Positions 24,489-37,089 of a stretch of 64,000 bases of DNA are shown here, piece after piece (positions within the stretch are counted from its first letter, which is position 1; the number at the start of each line of letters is the position of its first letter). This DNA comes from Octopus sinensis (Eukaryota). The stretch is from positions 19,344,001 through 19,408,000 of the forward strand of contig NC_043012.1 of NCBI RefSeq assembly GCF_006345805.1, written 5' to 3'. The position numbers and the translations under genes are program-made. The notes beneath the pieces were generated by a model. It had not been told where the DNA came from. It did no database searches and saw only the letters and a list, made by a program, of their open reading frames with translations.

Positions 24489-24666
24489 CATCATCATCAT
24501 CATCATTGTTCGACCGTGGTCGAGATAATGGAATTTACCATGCTACGCCAGACTTCACGGTCCATCATGATATTAGGGAGGTCCCGTTGCTGGACGCCTG
24601 TATCCCGGGAGATTACATTGGGGTAGGAGAGTGTCCCCACTACAAGGACTATGTTAATAGTCCCTC
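24489..24666 (-). mobile_element. RTE-type LINE 3' end, 5'-truncated
   Basis: Minus strand reads TLSYPNVISRDTGVQQRDLPNIMMDREVWRSMVNSIISTTVEQ* directly followed by a (GAT)n tail; the M.DR..WR end and short tandem tail are typical of RTE. Confidence 0.75.
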
Positions 24667-25751
24667 TCGAATTTTATATGGAATGTTTAATATTTGCATT
24701 TACGTAAAAGAAAATAATGTCTGATGCATTTCGTTTAGCGTATGAGATCGTTTAGGTATGTAAATGTTTCCTACTTGCTTTAATCGCTATATTTCTTTAA
24801 CGAATATAGATGCAACATATCCTTACAAGTCTCAGTGTCACACTGATAACTTGTTGCGTTTAACTACAGTGGAAAAGAATCTCAGAGAATGGTGACAATA
24901 TGCAATGAAACCTTTTTCCAAAATACGCGTTGAACACAAAAGCTAATTTGTATGTTTAAACTATGCATGAAAATTTCAAGGTTTTATGTTACCAGCCAAA
25001 TGAGTACACAATGTAAGCTGTTCTTTAATAGGTATTATCTGTTCTGACTTTAGCAGTGAAATCGTATTAGAAGAGATTTTGGTATTGGATCTACAGTATT
25101 AAGGTCGTATAGGATGTTCCTTAACACTACCAATATACTATGGGGGAGTGCTGGAAATTTCCTATCTTTGATTAAAAAGATATACAGGAGAATGAATTAG
25201 ATATAATTTTATTCAACATATTACCCTCTTAGATTCACACACGTATTGCAGCGGTCCGTCACTTTTTCGAAACCCTACAAAATAATTCGGAATGTTGGAC
25301 CCCCAATCAGGCTTTCCTCGATGCCGGGAACATTTCAGCATTCCCTCGTAAGTGACACATCAGGAACTTAACAGGATATAGTTGATTGTCCTTCATAGTT
25401 TGATATATAAATAAAACTATTAACACAATTTTGCGAGCCATATTTCAAATTCTGCGTATTTGCAACTTTTCATATACATAATAACTATCATTTTGAATTA
25501 AGAAGCATTTAAATCTTGCACTTCTGTCATTCAGTGAGATTGTAGGCAATAATTTATTTCACTTTAATAGCAATAAATTCTATTTCAAGTAAGTAAAAAT
25601 TAAATCATATAACTATTTAAACCTCAAGTTGACTTTAGAGAATACTTCCCCGAATATGAACAAATATTTTTTTTATGTTCTTTATTCCTATATATTTAAT
25701 GTAATTAGTTTAAACTACATAAAAGTCTGTATGCATAAATACACAGAGACA

Positions 25752-26092
25752 CACGTGGCTATGTGGTAAAAAGCTTGCTTTCTAACCATATGATTTCGGG
25801 TTCAGTCCCACTGCGTGGCAACTTGGGCATGTGTGTTCCTCTATAGCCTCGGCGCGATCAAATTCTTGAGTGGATATGGCAGAAGGAAACTGAAATAATT
25901 ACGTCCTATGAATTTGTGTGCGCGGGTGCGTGCGTTCTTGCTTGCTGTGAATGTGTGTATCCCCTACAACACTTGACACCTCTGGTAGAATAAGTATCAG
26001 GATTTAAAAAATTTCAGGCGACGATTTGTTCGACAAAATCTCTTCTAGGCAAAGCTCCAACATGGCCGCGGATGACTGAAACGATGAAAGAT
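25752..26092 (+). mobile_element. SINE family B, degenerate
   Basis: GTGGCTATGTGGTAAAAAGCTTGC...GGTTCAGTCCCACTGCGTGGCAACTTGGGC...CTCCAACATGGCCGC. Confidence 0.9.
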
Positions 26093-26102
26093 AATATCTA
26101 TG

Positions 26103-26173
<71 letters not shown>

Positions 26174-26419
26174 ACAGTAAAGGTAAGATACGAGGGTCAA
26201 TGTGTAGGAAGATAGTAAACTTCGAGCAGACCGAAGGACGTTTGAAAGACAACTTTCAGCAGCCAACGTGGTTTATTGATGTAGAAGGTTGTAGGTTTTT
26301 TCCCGTATCGAAGTTCGATAAGCTGAAAAAATATTTTATAGATTACATTTAGCAGCAGGATCTTCTGCGCATGTGAATAGAAATTCAAATTTCGGGAGTC
26401 GAGTAAAATAGAAAGAAAC

Positions 26420-27022
26420 TCAGAAGTAGTAAATATCCAAACGTGGGATAATACGCTAGCTACTCATCGGACCAAAGATACCTTAAAATATTTACGAATG
26501 TTTATCTTGAGATTATATTCTCAATTTTAAATTTATATTTTTCACCGAAATAGATCAATACTGAATTTTTGTTCCGAGTAAGCAATTTGGTACCGAAATG
26601 CATTGCGAATAAGCCCGCCATTTTCATAGATATGTAAAGATAAACATTCGTACATGCTACGACGAATTCTACGGTTGGCTGTCGGGTTTGTAATGTTATG
26701 TTTTTTCTTATATGTCTTGAGTTTATTGCACTGATGAGCATAAAATGCATATTGTGCATTAATTGCGAAATCACAGGTGATATGTAACTAAATTATTTTT
26801 TTTAGTGAATTGCTTTGAAGTTTTGCATTCGGTACAATTTTGTTTATTTTAGTAGTTTTGACCACAAGGGTCCCTCCTAGCGTGCGGTATCTATGAATAG
26901 TAGTACCCTCTATATAATATAAATAAATATTTTCAAAGTGGAAAAATTTACGGATTTTTTCTCTTACGAGGTTTTTCACGATAACTACTGATAATTTCTT
27001 ATAAAGATTTTATCCTCAATTT
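26420..27022 (+). mobile_element. PLE 3' end/pLTR relic with hammerhead ribozyme
   Basis: Frameshifted LNFCSE/LVPKCIANK at ~26570-26615 weakly resembles the PLE ORF end LN.RSEL.SKCRH.NK. Intact HHR present. 26795-27022 is homologous to the 14.4-kb repeats and ends at (TA)n. Confidence 0.7.
26720..26794 (+). ncRNA. Type I hammerhead ribozyme with extended stems, intact core
   Basis: CUGAUGA 26731-26737; stem II GCA/UGC plus 7-bp distal stem; GAAA 26767-26770; stem III AUCA(C)/(G)UGAU; AUA cleavage triplet 26780-26782; 11-bp stem I with a single C bulge. Confidence 0.9.
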
Positions 27023-27029
27023 TAAATAT

Positions 27030-27083
<54 letters not shown>

Positions 27084-27230
27084 TTATATAATCAAGGTGC
27101 AAATACAGCGTACTCCGAATGAGTAACGTGATGTAATCCAATGGTAGAAAGCATTTCGCAAATTAGGTAGTGAAAAGCCAGTGGGCAGGAAGGGTGTCTG
27201 GGTGAGCGTGCGGTAGAAAGTTAATGGAAT

Positions 27231-27609
27231 AAACGGATAAAAAATACAAGAAAAAATCAACAACGCGAGAACATGGTACATGCAAAGTATTAATAACACG
27301 CTCCGAGAAGGAAAGAAAGGATGGCCGTTTCTCGTTTCGAGCAAAGCTCATCTTCGGAAAAGGAAGACAGGAAAGTCCAACACGGAGGAGGAAAAAATCA
27401 GCAACTGTTCACGTGTAGTTACATTTTCGATATTTTTCCTCCTTCTTCCTTTTGTTTTTGACTTTCTTATATCCCCTGTTTCCAAAGAAGGTTTTTGCTC
27501 TAAACGTGAAACAACAACCTTTTCATTCCCTCTCTGAGCGTCTTATTAATACTTTGCATGTATCACGTTCTCACGTTGTTGCTTTGTTCTTGCCTTTTCT
27601 TATCCGTTT
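27231..27609. mobile_element. Head-to-head inverted pair of pLTR-like repeats (fold-back) with two decayed hammerheads
   Basis: Perfect 20-bp complement 27277-27296/27543-27562, plus 27231-27240/27600-27609 and 27387-27398/27432-27442. Minus-strand CCGAAGA-T-GAGC-TTT-GCTC-GAAAC at 27334-27357. Confidence 0.88.
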
Positions 27610-27661
27610 TTTATCAATAATAATAATAATAATATAAATATATACACACACACACACACAT

Positions 27662-27700
<39 letters not shown>

Positions 27701-27719
27701 GATAGAGAGAGAGAGAGAG

Positions 27720-27899
27720 AGTTCATGAAATAAACAAAAGACGAAACAGGTAGTGTATAAAACAAATAGGTGTATTAGTATAACGCTCAAGAATTGAAAA
27801 AGTATTTTACGTTTCGAGCGTACGCGCTTCTACAGAAAGGGACACAGAAAAAAGACAAGGAGAGAAAAATGTGTGTAGTGGCTACCGATCTGTGATGGT

Positions 27900-27905
<6 letters not shown>
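27720..27905 (-). mobile_element. pLTR-like repeat with U6-variant or decayed hammerhead
   Basis: Minus strand CTTT-CTGTAGA-A-GCGC-GTAC-GCTC-GAAA-CG-TA-AAAT (27804-27839); related to the left arm of 27231-27609 and to 36972-37032. Confidence 0.7.
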
Positions 27906-27974
<69 letters not shown>

Positions 27975-30399
27975 GTTTCAATACATGCTGACAAAATTCT
28001 TCTCCACTTACAACTTAGGCGTGTAGTAGTTTTCTGTAATGCTATCCACAAATCTGTGGGTCTGCTTATCGAATTACATTGTAATTATCAAAGTAATGTT
28101 TCGATGCTAATTTATTTTAGAAGACATTATAACCAACTTTAATTTACTCTGTGGTATATTTTCCAGTATATTTTATTGTCCATACTTGACACGGAATTGT
28201 TTTCTTGTTTTAGACACTAAAATAATTACCTGTAATTTGATACTGATGAATAAGTTTTGGCATTAATAAATTTCTTGTAATAATATTTTGTCTATTTTTT
28301 TCTCCAGAAATGTTAGGAGTAAGTGTGATACGAGGTTCACAGATTTACATTGTGTTACGGTCTGTATACTGACTTTTCTTGTCCCGTAACGAATTTAGTC
28401 TTGTAAGGAATGGAAAGCTTGAATATTTGTACTTTATATCACTGTCAAATTAGTTAGAGATTAAATTCGGGTTTAACATCCACAGGTTTGGCATTGTGAA
28501 CTTTGGAATTGCGAAATTTGGAGAGTAAATATGTAATTCAGTTTAGTGATTTTATCCTCATAGGAATTACAAACGCCAGTGTCATGCGTAAGAAATTTTC
28601 CTGTACTAGATGTGAGGCCATATACTTTCGATTAAGATAAATGAGAAAGGGCCATTTTCCTACAGGAGAAAAAGTCAACATAACATGATGTAGATACAGA
28701 GAATGAATGTGATAGATGTATGTTGTTCTATATAATATTAGATTACATTGAAAATTCTAATGAGCTAATTATTTTCTATAACAGTATACGTTCAAGAATA
28801 ATCAATCATGAATTATAAAATACAAGGATTTTCAAGTAACTGAGAAATGCTAAACATTGTATTCAAGCATTGAACTAGCATTTGTCATGTGGCTATATGC
28901 TCACAAAGGTTAACCGAAGGATCGACTTATCTGAATAAGAGGAATGTATTTAACCCACATAGGAGAGACACAATATCATATGCACAACTATTATAAATAC
29001 AGCACAGATTACAGAAAAGCATTTATATTCAGATTAGCAAAATTTATCGGCGTTATTTCACTCATTCTGACATAACATTTGCATTTTATGCACATAGATA
29101 TTTATGATATCTCATAAAATGGACTGTTGCAAAGAATTAGGTAATTTCAAATGTATAAGCTTATATAATTTAATTTTCATCTATTCAGTAATTTTTCAAA
29201 TTGGGAGCGGTAACTGATGTCCATACGAGGTCACTATTCATTGACGTCTCTGTAAGAAATGAGCTTGCTTTCTTAGCTGTAATACACATAACAATATAAA
29301 ATAGTTATAGCCATGGATATCTCTGAAAGTTAATATAATAGTTATCTATAACTACGCCATACTTCACGTGTAGACGACAACAATATATTCTTTAGAACAA
29401 TATTGCCTTCAATGAAAAATGTTTAATGAATATTTGCATTAAATTAGACAGCATTTCCAATCCGTTACCTCCCATTTATTTCACTGAGTGCAATAATGTT
29501 CATTGTTTTGCCTCGATTTTGCACTAAGAAAATCCTAATTTATTCTGAGTAATCTCCATATCAATTAATATGATAGCTCCATGCGTATATATATTGCAAT
29601 TTAAACAAATTGGCAAAAATATAATTTATAACTCCGATTGCCTCTAGGAATAAAGATTCGTGTAGTTAATCTTATAATCGTTTTCCGCTTAATTTACTAT
29701 CAAAATATCGTATGCATATCTTTTGGTGCTATAAGACTTAAATATACATTTTGCTAAATGAGTATCGAATTCCAAAATGCGTTCAAGCTCCGAGCGTTTT
29801 CTGTCTTTATCTCATATCGAAATACACCGCCGCAGCAAACAGCTCGTGTTCAACATTTGAACTATAATGTATTATCGGTATGTATTCTTTATTTTAAGCA
29901 TGCGATACAGAAATTTAAGTAATTAACATTCAACACTTTACCCTTCTCTTATTTTGTGTATGTACATAGGGTTGCTTCTTTTATATTGCATCTTCAATAT
30001 TCCTATTATAACGGTATACTATTTCAACATCTACTTCCTTCAAGTTAGCGCATCATTGAATTTTTAAAACATTTTAATCTCTGTCTTGCTTCATTGATTT
30101 GACCAGAACCATGGAAGGCTCCCGTTTCCAGGGCTATAGCTTCACAAATCGTCATCACGTCTTACTTTTAACGTTTGTTACTTAGTCTATTGATTTCAAT
30201 TGTTGAAGCATTACGTTGCGGGAATTGGAAAATCAACTCAAGTTGTAAAGTGATGGAGAACCGCACAAATAAAAGGAAACATACACACACGTGTACACAC
30301 AAGCATACAGGCACACACGACGCACATGCTCATACACACATATAAGTATATATAAACATATATCCACACAGTTTACATCTACCTAATTCAATCGTAATA

Positions 30400-30520
30400 T
30401 ATTTTTCGGCTGGAGACTTGGGGAAAAACTGGCCAATTAGACTCCAATACATAAGGGAAGCACTTCAGAAAATAGGTGACCGCTTCGGATATCATCTGCT
30501 GATCGTGAACGCCAAACTTT
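30400..30520 (+). mobile_element. Possible tiny decayed LINE RT fragment
   Basis: AGDLGKNW/(K)LAN*TPIHKGS...NR*PL resembles G..P..WKLANVTPIHKKG...NYRPI. Short and frameshifted. Confidence 0.3.
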
Positions 30521-33500
30521 CTGCCTGTTACAAGTTCCGTTATTTACTTTGAAGTTCCCAGAGTTTCCATTTTTTGCTTCTCCGGCAACACCGCGCTAAT
30601 ACTAGCAGCCTTCTCAGCGAACAGAAATTAATGCTCAGTTTTGTGAGAGGTTTTACCGAATAATTCAACAGTGGAGTACTTGGGAGAGGGGGGCACATTC
30701 TCATATTTGAACACACCGATTGCATTCTGTGCGAAACTGCAACCTTCCGCTTGATACAGTAATTTTCTTTATATGAACTTATATTTCTTATTTCGTGTCT
30801 ATTTGAATACTTTTTCAATCCATACCATTCTAGAGCTCACTTCGTTCATCAGCCATCTTTCCTGCAAACCATCCAACGTTCTAAATCATGTACATTGAAA
30901 GTCTCAATCTATTGTCTACTTGTATAATCTCAGTATCGAATGCCACTCATCTATTACTCTCAACTCAGCTTAGAAATCCCACATTTACTATCATTCACCA
31001 GCATTTACTATAATGACTGTTAGTATTTCTCACAATTGTTTTTATATTTATATTGACAAAAACCTGATATGATAAAAAGGACAATATATCTTACGTTCCT
31101 TCACAGTGAAGTACCGTTTTGTTTGGATCAATGGATATGAAATCAACTAAAACTATATTCGATCCTCATGTATAATAGTTCTTGGAATAATATATTATTT
31201 GGGGCTCAATTGCAACACAACAGTGACATTTTTGTGTGTTCTTATCAGAGGAGCTGTATATCTGATTCAACGTATCTTGTAATAATTTCCTTGCGAAATC
31301 ATCGACAGCTTTCGTTCAAATATCTAATTTTAATTATTTATGAGGTGGAGTTTCTAATCTTAAACATCATGAAATTTTGCATTAATTAATAAAGAAATTA
31401 TTTTGAAATATATATTTTCCAAAATTTATGAAAGTTTCCATTAATTTCAACTGAAAGAAGACAATGGATATCTGAGTGTAAAATATACATTTAATGACAA
31501 GTTGCCGATGGAGTGTATACAAGTGTCTAGTGATTTGATACATTTACCCAGAAGAAAATACAAGTTTTAAATAATTCGGAAATCTACTTATATAAACTTA
31601 CATATACTTACGTATTTAAAATGGTTTTTTCTATTTTAAGTGCTTGAAATTATTAAATAAACGCATAAGGGATTAACAGATCTAGCGGTACATATATAAA
31701 CTGCGAATGTAAATCAATACTCATTGAATGTGTTTTACCAGGAAATCTTATCACAACAAATATACGCTCGTTGAAATCACTGCTTGTATTGAAAGCATTC
31801 CTTTCATTAATCAGAGAATTAATTTCCCCATTCACATTACATTTCATTAAAAAGAGAAACGCATAACACAAGTATTTAAATACTAGAAAAGAGAAAGAAA
31901 AATTGGAAAATGAAATGAAAGAGGAAAAAGAAAATGAAAATTAATGGCATCAAATATTAATTAAAAGCAAAAGAAACAAAAAGTTAATGCAAAATATATA
32001 AAATTTCTAATACTAAATATTTCTGCAATGAAGAAGAGAACAATTAGAATTAAGAATACCGGTGGATGCAGCATTACGTAGAAACCAATACTGTAAGCAG
32101 CCAAAGACGTATTGGGTGGAAAAGGAGCTGTAAAAAGCAGAGGGTGATGGGAAGTGTTCATGTCAAAAACTAAATGAATTAGTACGAATTTCATTTTAAT
32201 CAGATCACTTATAATATTACCATTAGTGCCATAACTTCTTCCGGCACCAGAAAACTGCAGCTCCATTAAGAGATTAACCAATGAAAAAAGAAAAAAAATA
32301 TCAATGAGAGAGAAGTGGGTGAGAAAGTATGATGCGGAGTGACAAGTTTGTTAACATAAGAGTTTCACTAACACTTGTTTTCTTTTCACGGCTTTATCGA
32401 TTTAATGCAAGTTCATTTATCTGAGCTGGCAGTCACAGTTTTAACTTCATTACTTAAAGGTAACTCATAAATCCCAGGATTGAAAAGGCTTAAGATACTT
32501 TCAACTACTTTGTGTTCTACAGTGGCAGTTACAGAGTGATTGGTTTGGTAATATTGAAGAAAACACTGTTCACAGTAACAGTTGAATTCATGCAACTATT
32601 GCTAACGATATAACAATATCGAATATAATACTTTCCACGATCTAATACTAATGTGACTTACATCAAAGCGTGTCCTGTTGGGTGTTTCACAGATCTTGCC
32701 GTTGATTCAACTCAGTATAATGACTTGTTAATTTAGCATATATTTAGATATTTCCTAACGATTCTACGTTCACTGAATTCAATGACAAATCTTTTGACTA
32801 AGCACGTGGCTACGACTAGTTTCTCGTTTGGAACGTTTACATTAAAACTTCGGCAAAAATATATTTGACTTTAAAACCACGGTAGAGAATATATTCGCTA
32901 AAAGTAGATGAATAGCTCTGACTGCATCAAACATCTAGTTCTCGATCGAACGACGACAATTGTATTCCGATGCTTTACCTCCTAGGTATCTCAACAAATT
33001 ATTCCTTGTGTAATAATCGCTGCACGCATACACTAACATACACACGCAAACACACACAAACACACGACACAAACACACACAAACACACGACACAAGCACA
33101 CACAAACACACACACACGCATGCGGTCTTTGTTCCTTTCGCTTTAATTCTCAATTTCTATTTCTCTTTTTCGTTTTCTGCCCTTCTCTAAATAAATGAGG
33201 AAATAATTTTAACTGTAAAGAATTTTATCATAGGTATGTTAGAATAGTTCACACAGGAGACTACTAGAAACGAAGAGTATAGACTGCTGATTAAAACAAA
33301 TATTGGGTGATAAAAATATAGTAGGTGTAGATAACAAAACATTATATGTTAGCGTTAGTTCAATAATTTTTAGGATCAAATCCGGACAGGGTTAATTCTA
33401 CTATTCTTAAAACAGCTCTGAATACAATTAACATTATTTCACCACACCTTTCGATTCAATCGACTAATATCTTTAAAATTTTCTGTTGTATGGAAAATCA

Positions 33501-34587
33501 ATACTTAGAAATTATGAGGTGATGTCTCTAAAGAAGGGATTGTTACATTTAGAGGCAAATGTACGCTTTGACCGGAGTAAATAATTAGTCAGATCAGCAT
33601 ATATCGAAACTTCAAATTCATAACTCATATTGAATATTAGTCTTGGTTAAATTAAATAGTGACTGATTACTTAGAAAGTAACCTGTGAGCGAGTCAAATG
33701 AAATTTTAAAACACTGATGAAGTGGAGAAGATGTAAATTTTCATGCGACAAATGTTTTTAGAAAAAGTATAAACATGACAATATCAATTTTCCATTCCCA
33801 TAAAATATTGGTTGTTTGCGTTTATTGGAAAATAAATCGATATTTAACATTAAAAATAATTTTTTTCGAAAACGTTTCTACCCAAAGTCAAATGAACGAA
33901 GATTTCCTTTGCGTTATTCCTCCTAACACTATTGTGGCTTGTGAGAGAAGAGAAATAAACATTGTAAAACAACAGAGCTAACTCAAAATAGAATTAACCC
34001 ATTTAGTCTGAAGACAATCCTGATTGCTGGTTTCTCAATATCTATGGAATACTGATCCACTACCGGAAATTAATATGCATCTGTGCTATAACGGTTTTCA
34101 TTTTACATATGAATTCCTTTGCTGCAGGGAACGTGCTAATATGATATTATTACGTATGAGAACCTGTCATTTCAAAATGGCTGCTGATTATAATTTCTTA
34201 TAGAAAATATTGGCACAGCATTCAAGGATGACTTTGAGCATTGTGATCGATCAGCGATTATCAACAAATATTAAATAGGCAATTCACTGTCATAATCAGA
34301 CATTGATGGAGCATTGAAAACGAAAAAATCCGTTCCCTTATTACAAAAGAATTAGCAGCTATAATTTATGGACATTTCCAAATTCCGCAGCATTATTTCA
34401 TGAAGCTCTATGTGATATTGCGTGTTCAATATATTTTCTTAGAAATTATTAGTACTTAGAAAAATAAGTTAACGCATTCATAAATATTTACGTGAAACGA
34501 GACATCTTATCAGATATTAGAATTATATAGATTGTTTCGGTATTAAGCTGTCTCTATGTATGAATAGTCGATATACATATTGATTTA

Positions 34588-34748
34588 AAATTTTGGCGCA
34601 AGGCCAGCAATTTTAGGTGAAAAGTTAAGTCAATTAAATCGACCCCAGTTCTCAACTCGTACTTATTTTATCGAGTCCGAAAGGATGAAAGCAAAGATGT
34701 ATCTGGCCTCATTTAAACTCAGAACGTAAAGTCGGAAGGAATACACCT
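34588..34748 (-). mobile_element. SINE family A, degenerate
   Basis: TCGACCCCAGTTCTCAACTCGTACTTATTTTATCGAGTCCGAAAGGATGAAAG...AACTCAGAACGTAAAG. Confidence 0.85.
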
Positions 34749-34755
34749 AAGCATC

Positions 34756-34794
<39 letters not shown>

Positions 34795-35235
34795 GGTGCG
34801 GTAACGATACTTTTCGAAGCTAAACAGTCGATGTACATATTGGTCGTCTGTTTGGTTGGGTTCTTGTGCGACTTATCCATTCACATTTTAAATCATATAT
34901 TGTGAGGGGAGGAGAGATTAAAAGAGAGACAAATATGATAACGTAAGAGGATGAGAGTAAAGGCAGAAGTCAGATCTGGTTATAGAAGTAGGAGTAGGAG
35001 GAAGGGGATGAGGAAGAGGAAGACCCAGAGGAGATTGAAAGTAAATGTCAGATTAAATATGAGGTAGGAGCATTATACGATTGATAGATATTTTCTATTT
35101 TATTTCAAAGTAGCTACTAATTGTCTTATAAAAATCACTTGTCATTGCATCATCTTGCCTAAGCAGCTTGGAATTTGATTAAATTATACCTATTGTACAA
35201 AGGCTATATTTCTTGTTATCATCCTCTATGGCAAT

Positions 35236-35462
35236 GAAGATGGCGGGTTTCAAAGAATTGTTATCAAACCAGACAAAATGCTTGAAAGCATTCCGTCCGA
35301 CTCAATACGTTCTGAGTTCAAATGCCGCTGGTGTCGATTTTTACCTTTCATCCTTTCGTGGTTGATAAATTAAGTGTCAGACGAGCAGCGGAATGAACGT
35401 AATCGACTAATACTATCCCCACCGGAATTTCGAGTATTGTGCTCGTATTAGAAAGTATTATT
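35236..35462 (+). mobile_element. SINE family A, degenerate
   Basis: ACGTTCTGAGTTCAAATGCCGC...CCTTTCATCCTTTCGTGGTTGATAAATTAAG, ending in (ATT)n. Confidence 0.85.
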
Positions 35463-35520
35463 ATTCACTGTGATAATGTATTATTTACAGCGTTACTCAA
35501 ATTATGACCCCAGCAACATG

Positions 35521-35581
<61 letters not shown>

Positions 35582-36971
35582 TTGTATATGCACATGCTAT
35601 ATATTGGTGTGTATCTGCGTATGAATATTAGTGCGATGCACGTGAACACGCTAAGTATACATAATTCCGTTGGGCCGGAAGCGATAAATTATATCTTCAT
35701 GATCTATTTCTTTCAGTAAATTTAATAGAATAATTATACATATTTCGGCATTATGCTGCTGCATTGCGAGATATAACTTTTCTAAACATGATTTTAATGC
35801 GTCCATAGATCCACTAATTAGATGCACAATAAATTAATCCAGTACGCGATAAAAATACATATTTAATAGGAAACATCACTGACAGATATTTGTGTTAATT
35901 TTTTTGATCATCAAAACATAAAACATAATGAGAGCAATATAACTAAATTTTTAATTTGGATAGCGACTCAGTTTTCTTGTAATAAGTATGAGGTTGTGTT
36001 GACATAGTAAATTCAAAATATATTTATTAGTGAACTAATGATTTAACATTAGCTAACCAATATTTATAAAAGCGACAGCATGTTTTGATTTTTATATTTT
36101 TATAATATAATCTACGTTCTATTTTGACTCTGATCGTACTCACAGTCAATGGAAGGTGAAATATGTGGTGCAAATTCGTGTGTCAATTTTGGAGAAACAC
36201 TTCGATCGCGCTCTATATTCGTAAAAATATATTATAATGTCTCATAATCCAAAATGACATGTACACGAAAAGTAAAAGTTGCATTATAGCAGCGTAAGTG
36301 ATTCAGTGCGAACAACGAATCTTATTGCATTAAATTAGGAACAATTTTCGGATGAGGAAAATACAATATAATCAGTGAATATTTTCTTCACACTAAATGC
36401 ATTAAAAAGTAGGATATTTATGATGATTGCTTTAAAAATATATATTTACCTTCCTAACAACGTAGCATATTTATACTGGATGACTTTAGAGGATCAACAA
36501 ATTATTCGAAAGAGTAAAGTTAGAAGACATTATCAATTCTACTCAACCCCGTCACGCATTTGCTCTTGTCGCTTCTCATGGTGTTTAAACAACTGAAAGT
36601 ACAGGACACCGTCCTTTGTAACCTGAACCCCTTTCCCCTGATCTTTGTAATGGTATAAAATTGAAATCAAAGGATTACAAGATGAAATGAAGCTTCACCC
36701 ATTAAGCTGTTGCGGCACTTGTCTAACAAGGGATATCCGACGTCGCTGTAGTAGGTTGGATATCCCTGATTACTCAATGATCAAAAGTGGTGGACAGATG
36801 AATGTTGAGTGTAAAATATCGTTGTGAAAATTGTTTGTAGGAGGTATATCTTTTGGATTGGCCGCGGTCTGTGTGGATTCTAAATAGTACCGTAGACGCA
36901 AAAACAACCCATTCCGCAATGCATCTGTACTCTAGGATTAATAAAAAATTAAGCCTTCATATATGAAGTCA

Positions 36972-37032
36972 GGACGCCGTGATAGATCGTTAACTGCTAC
37001 ACACATTTCTTTCTCTCCTTGTTTTTTTCTGT
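36972..37032 (+). repeat. pLTR-like fragment upstream of a PLE ORF relic
   Basis: Homologous to the reverse complement of 27845-27903 (GATCG.TA.C..CTACACACATTT...CTCTCCTTGT..TTTTTCTGT). Confidence 0.7.
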
Positions 37033-37089
37033 ACTAGATGTACGTTAAAGGTGCCTGATAGCGAAGGTATGTATACATTCAGGTATAAA

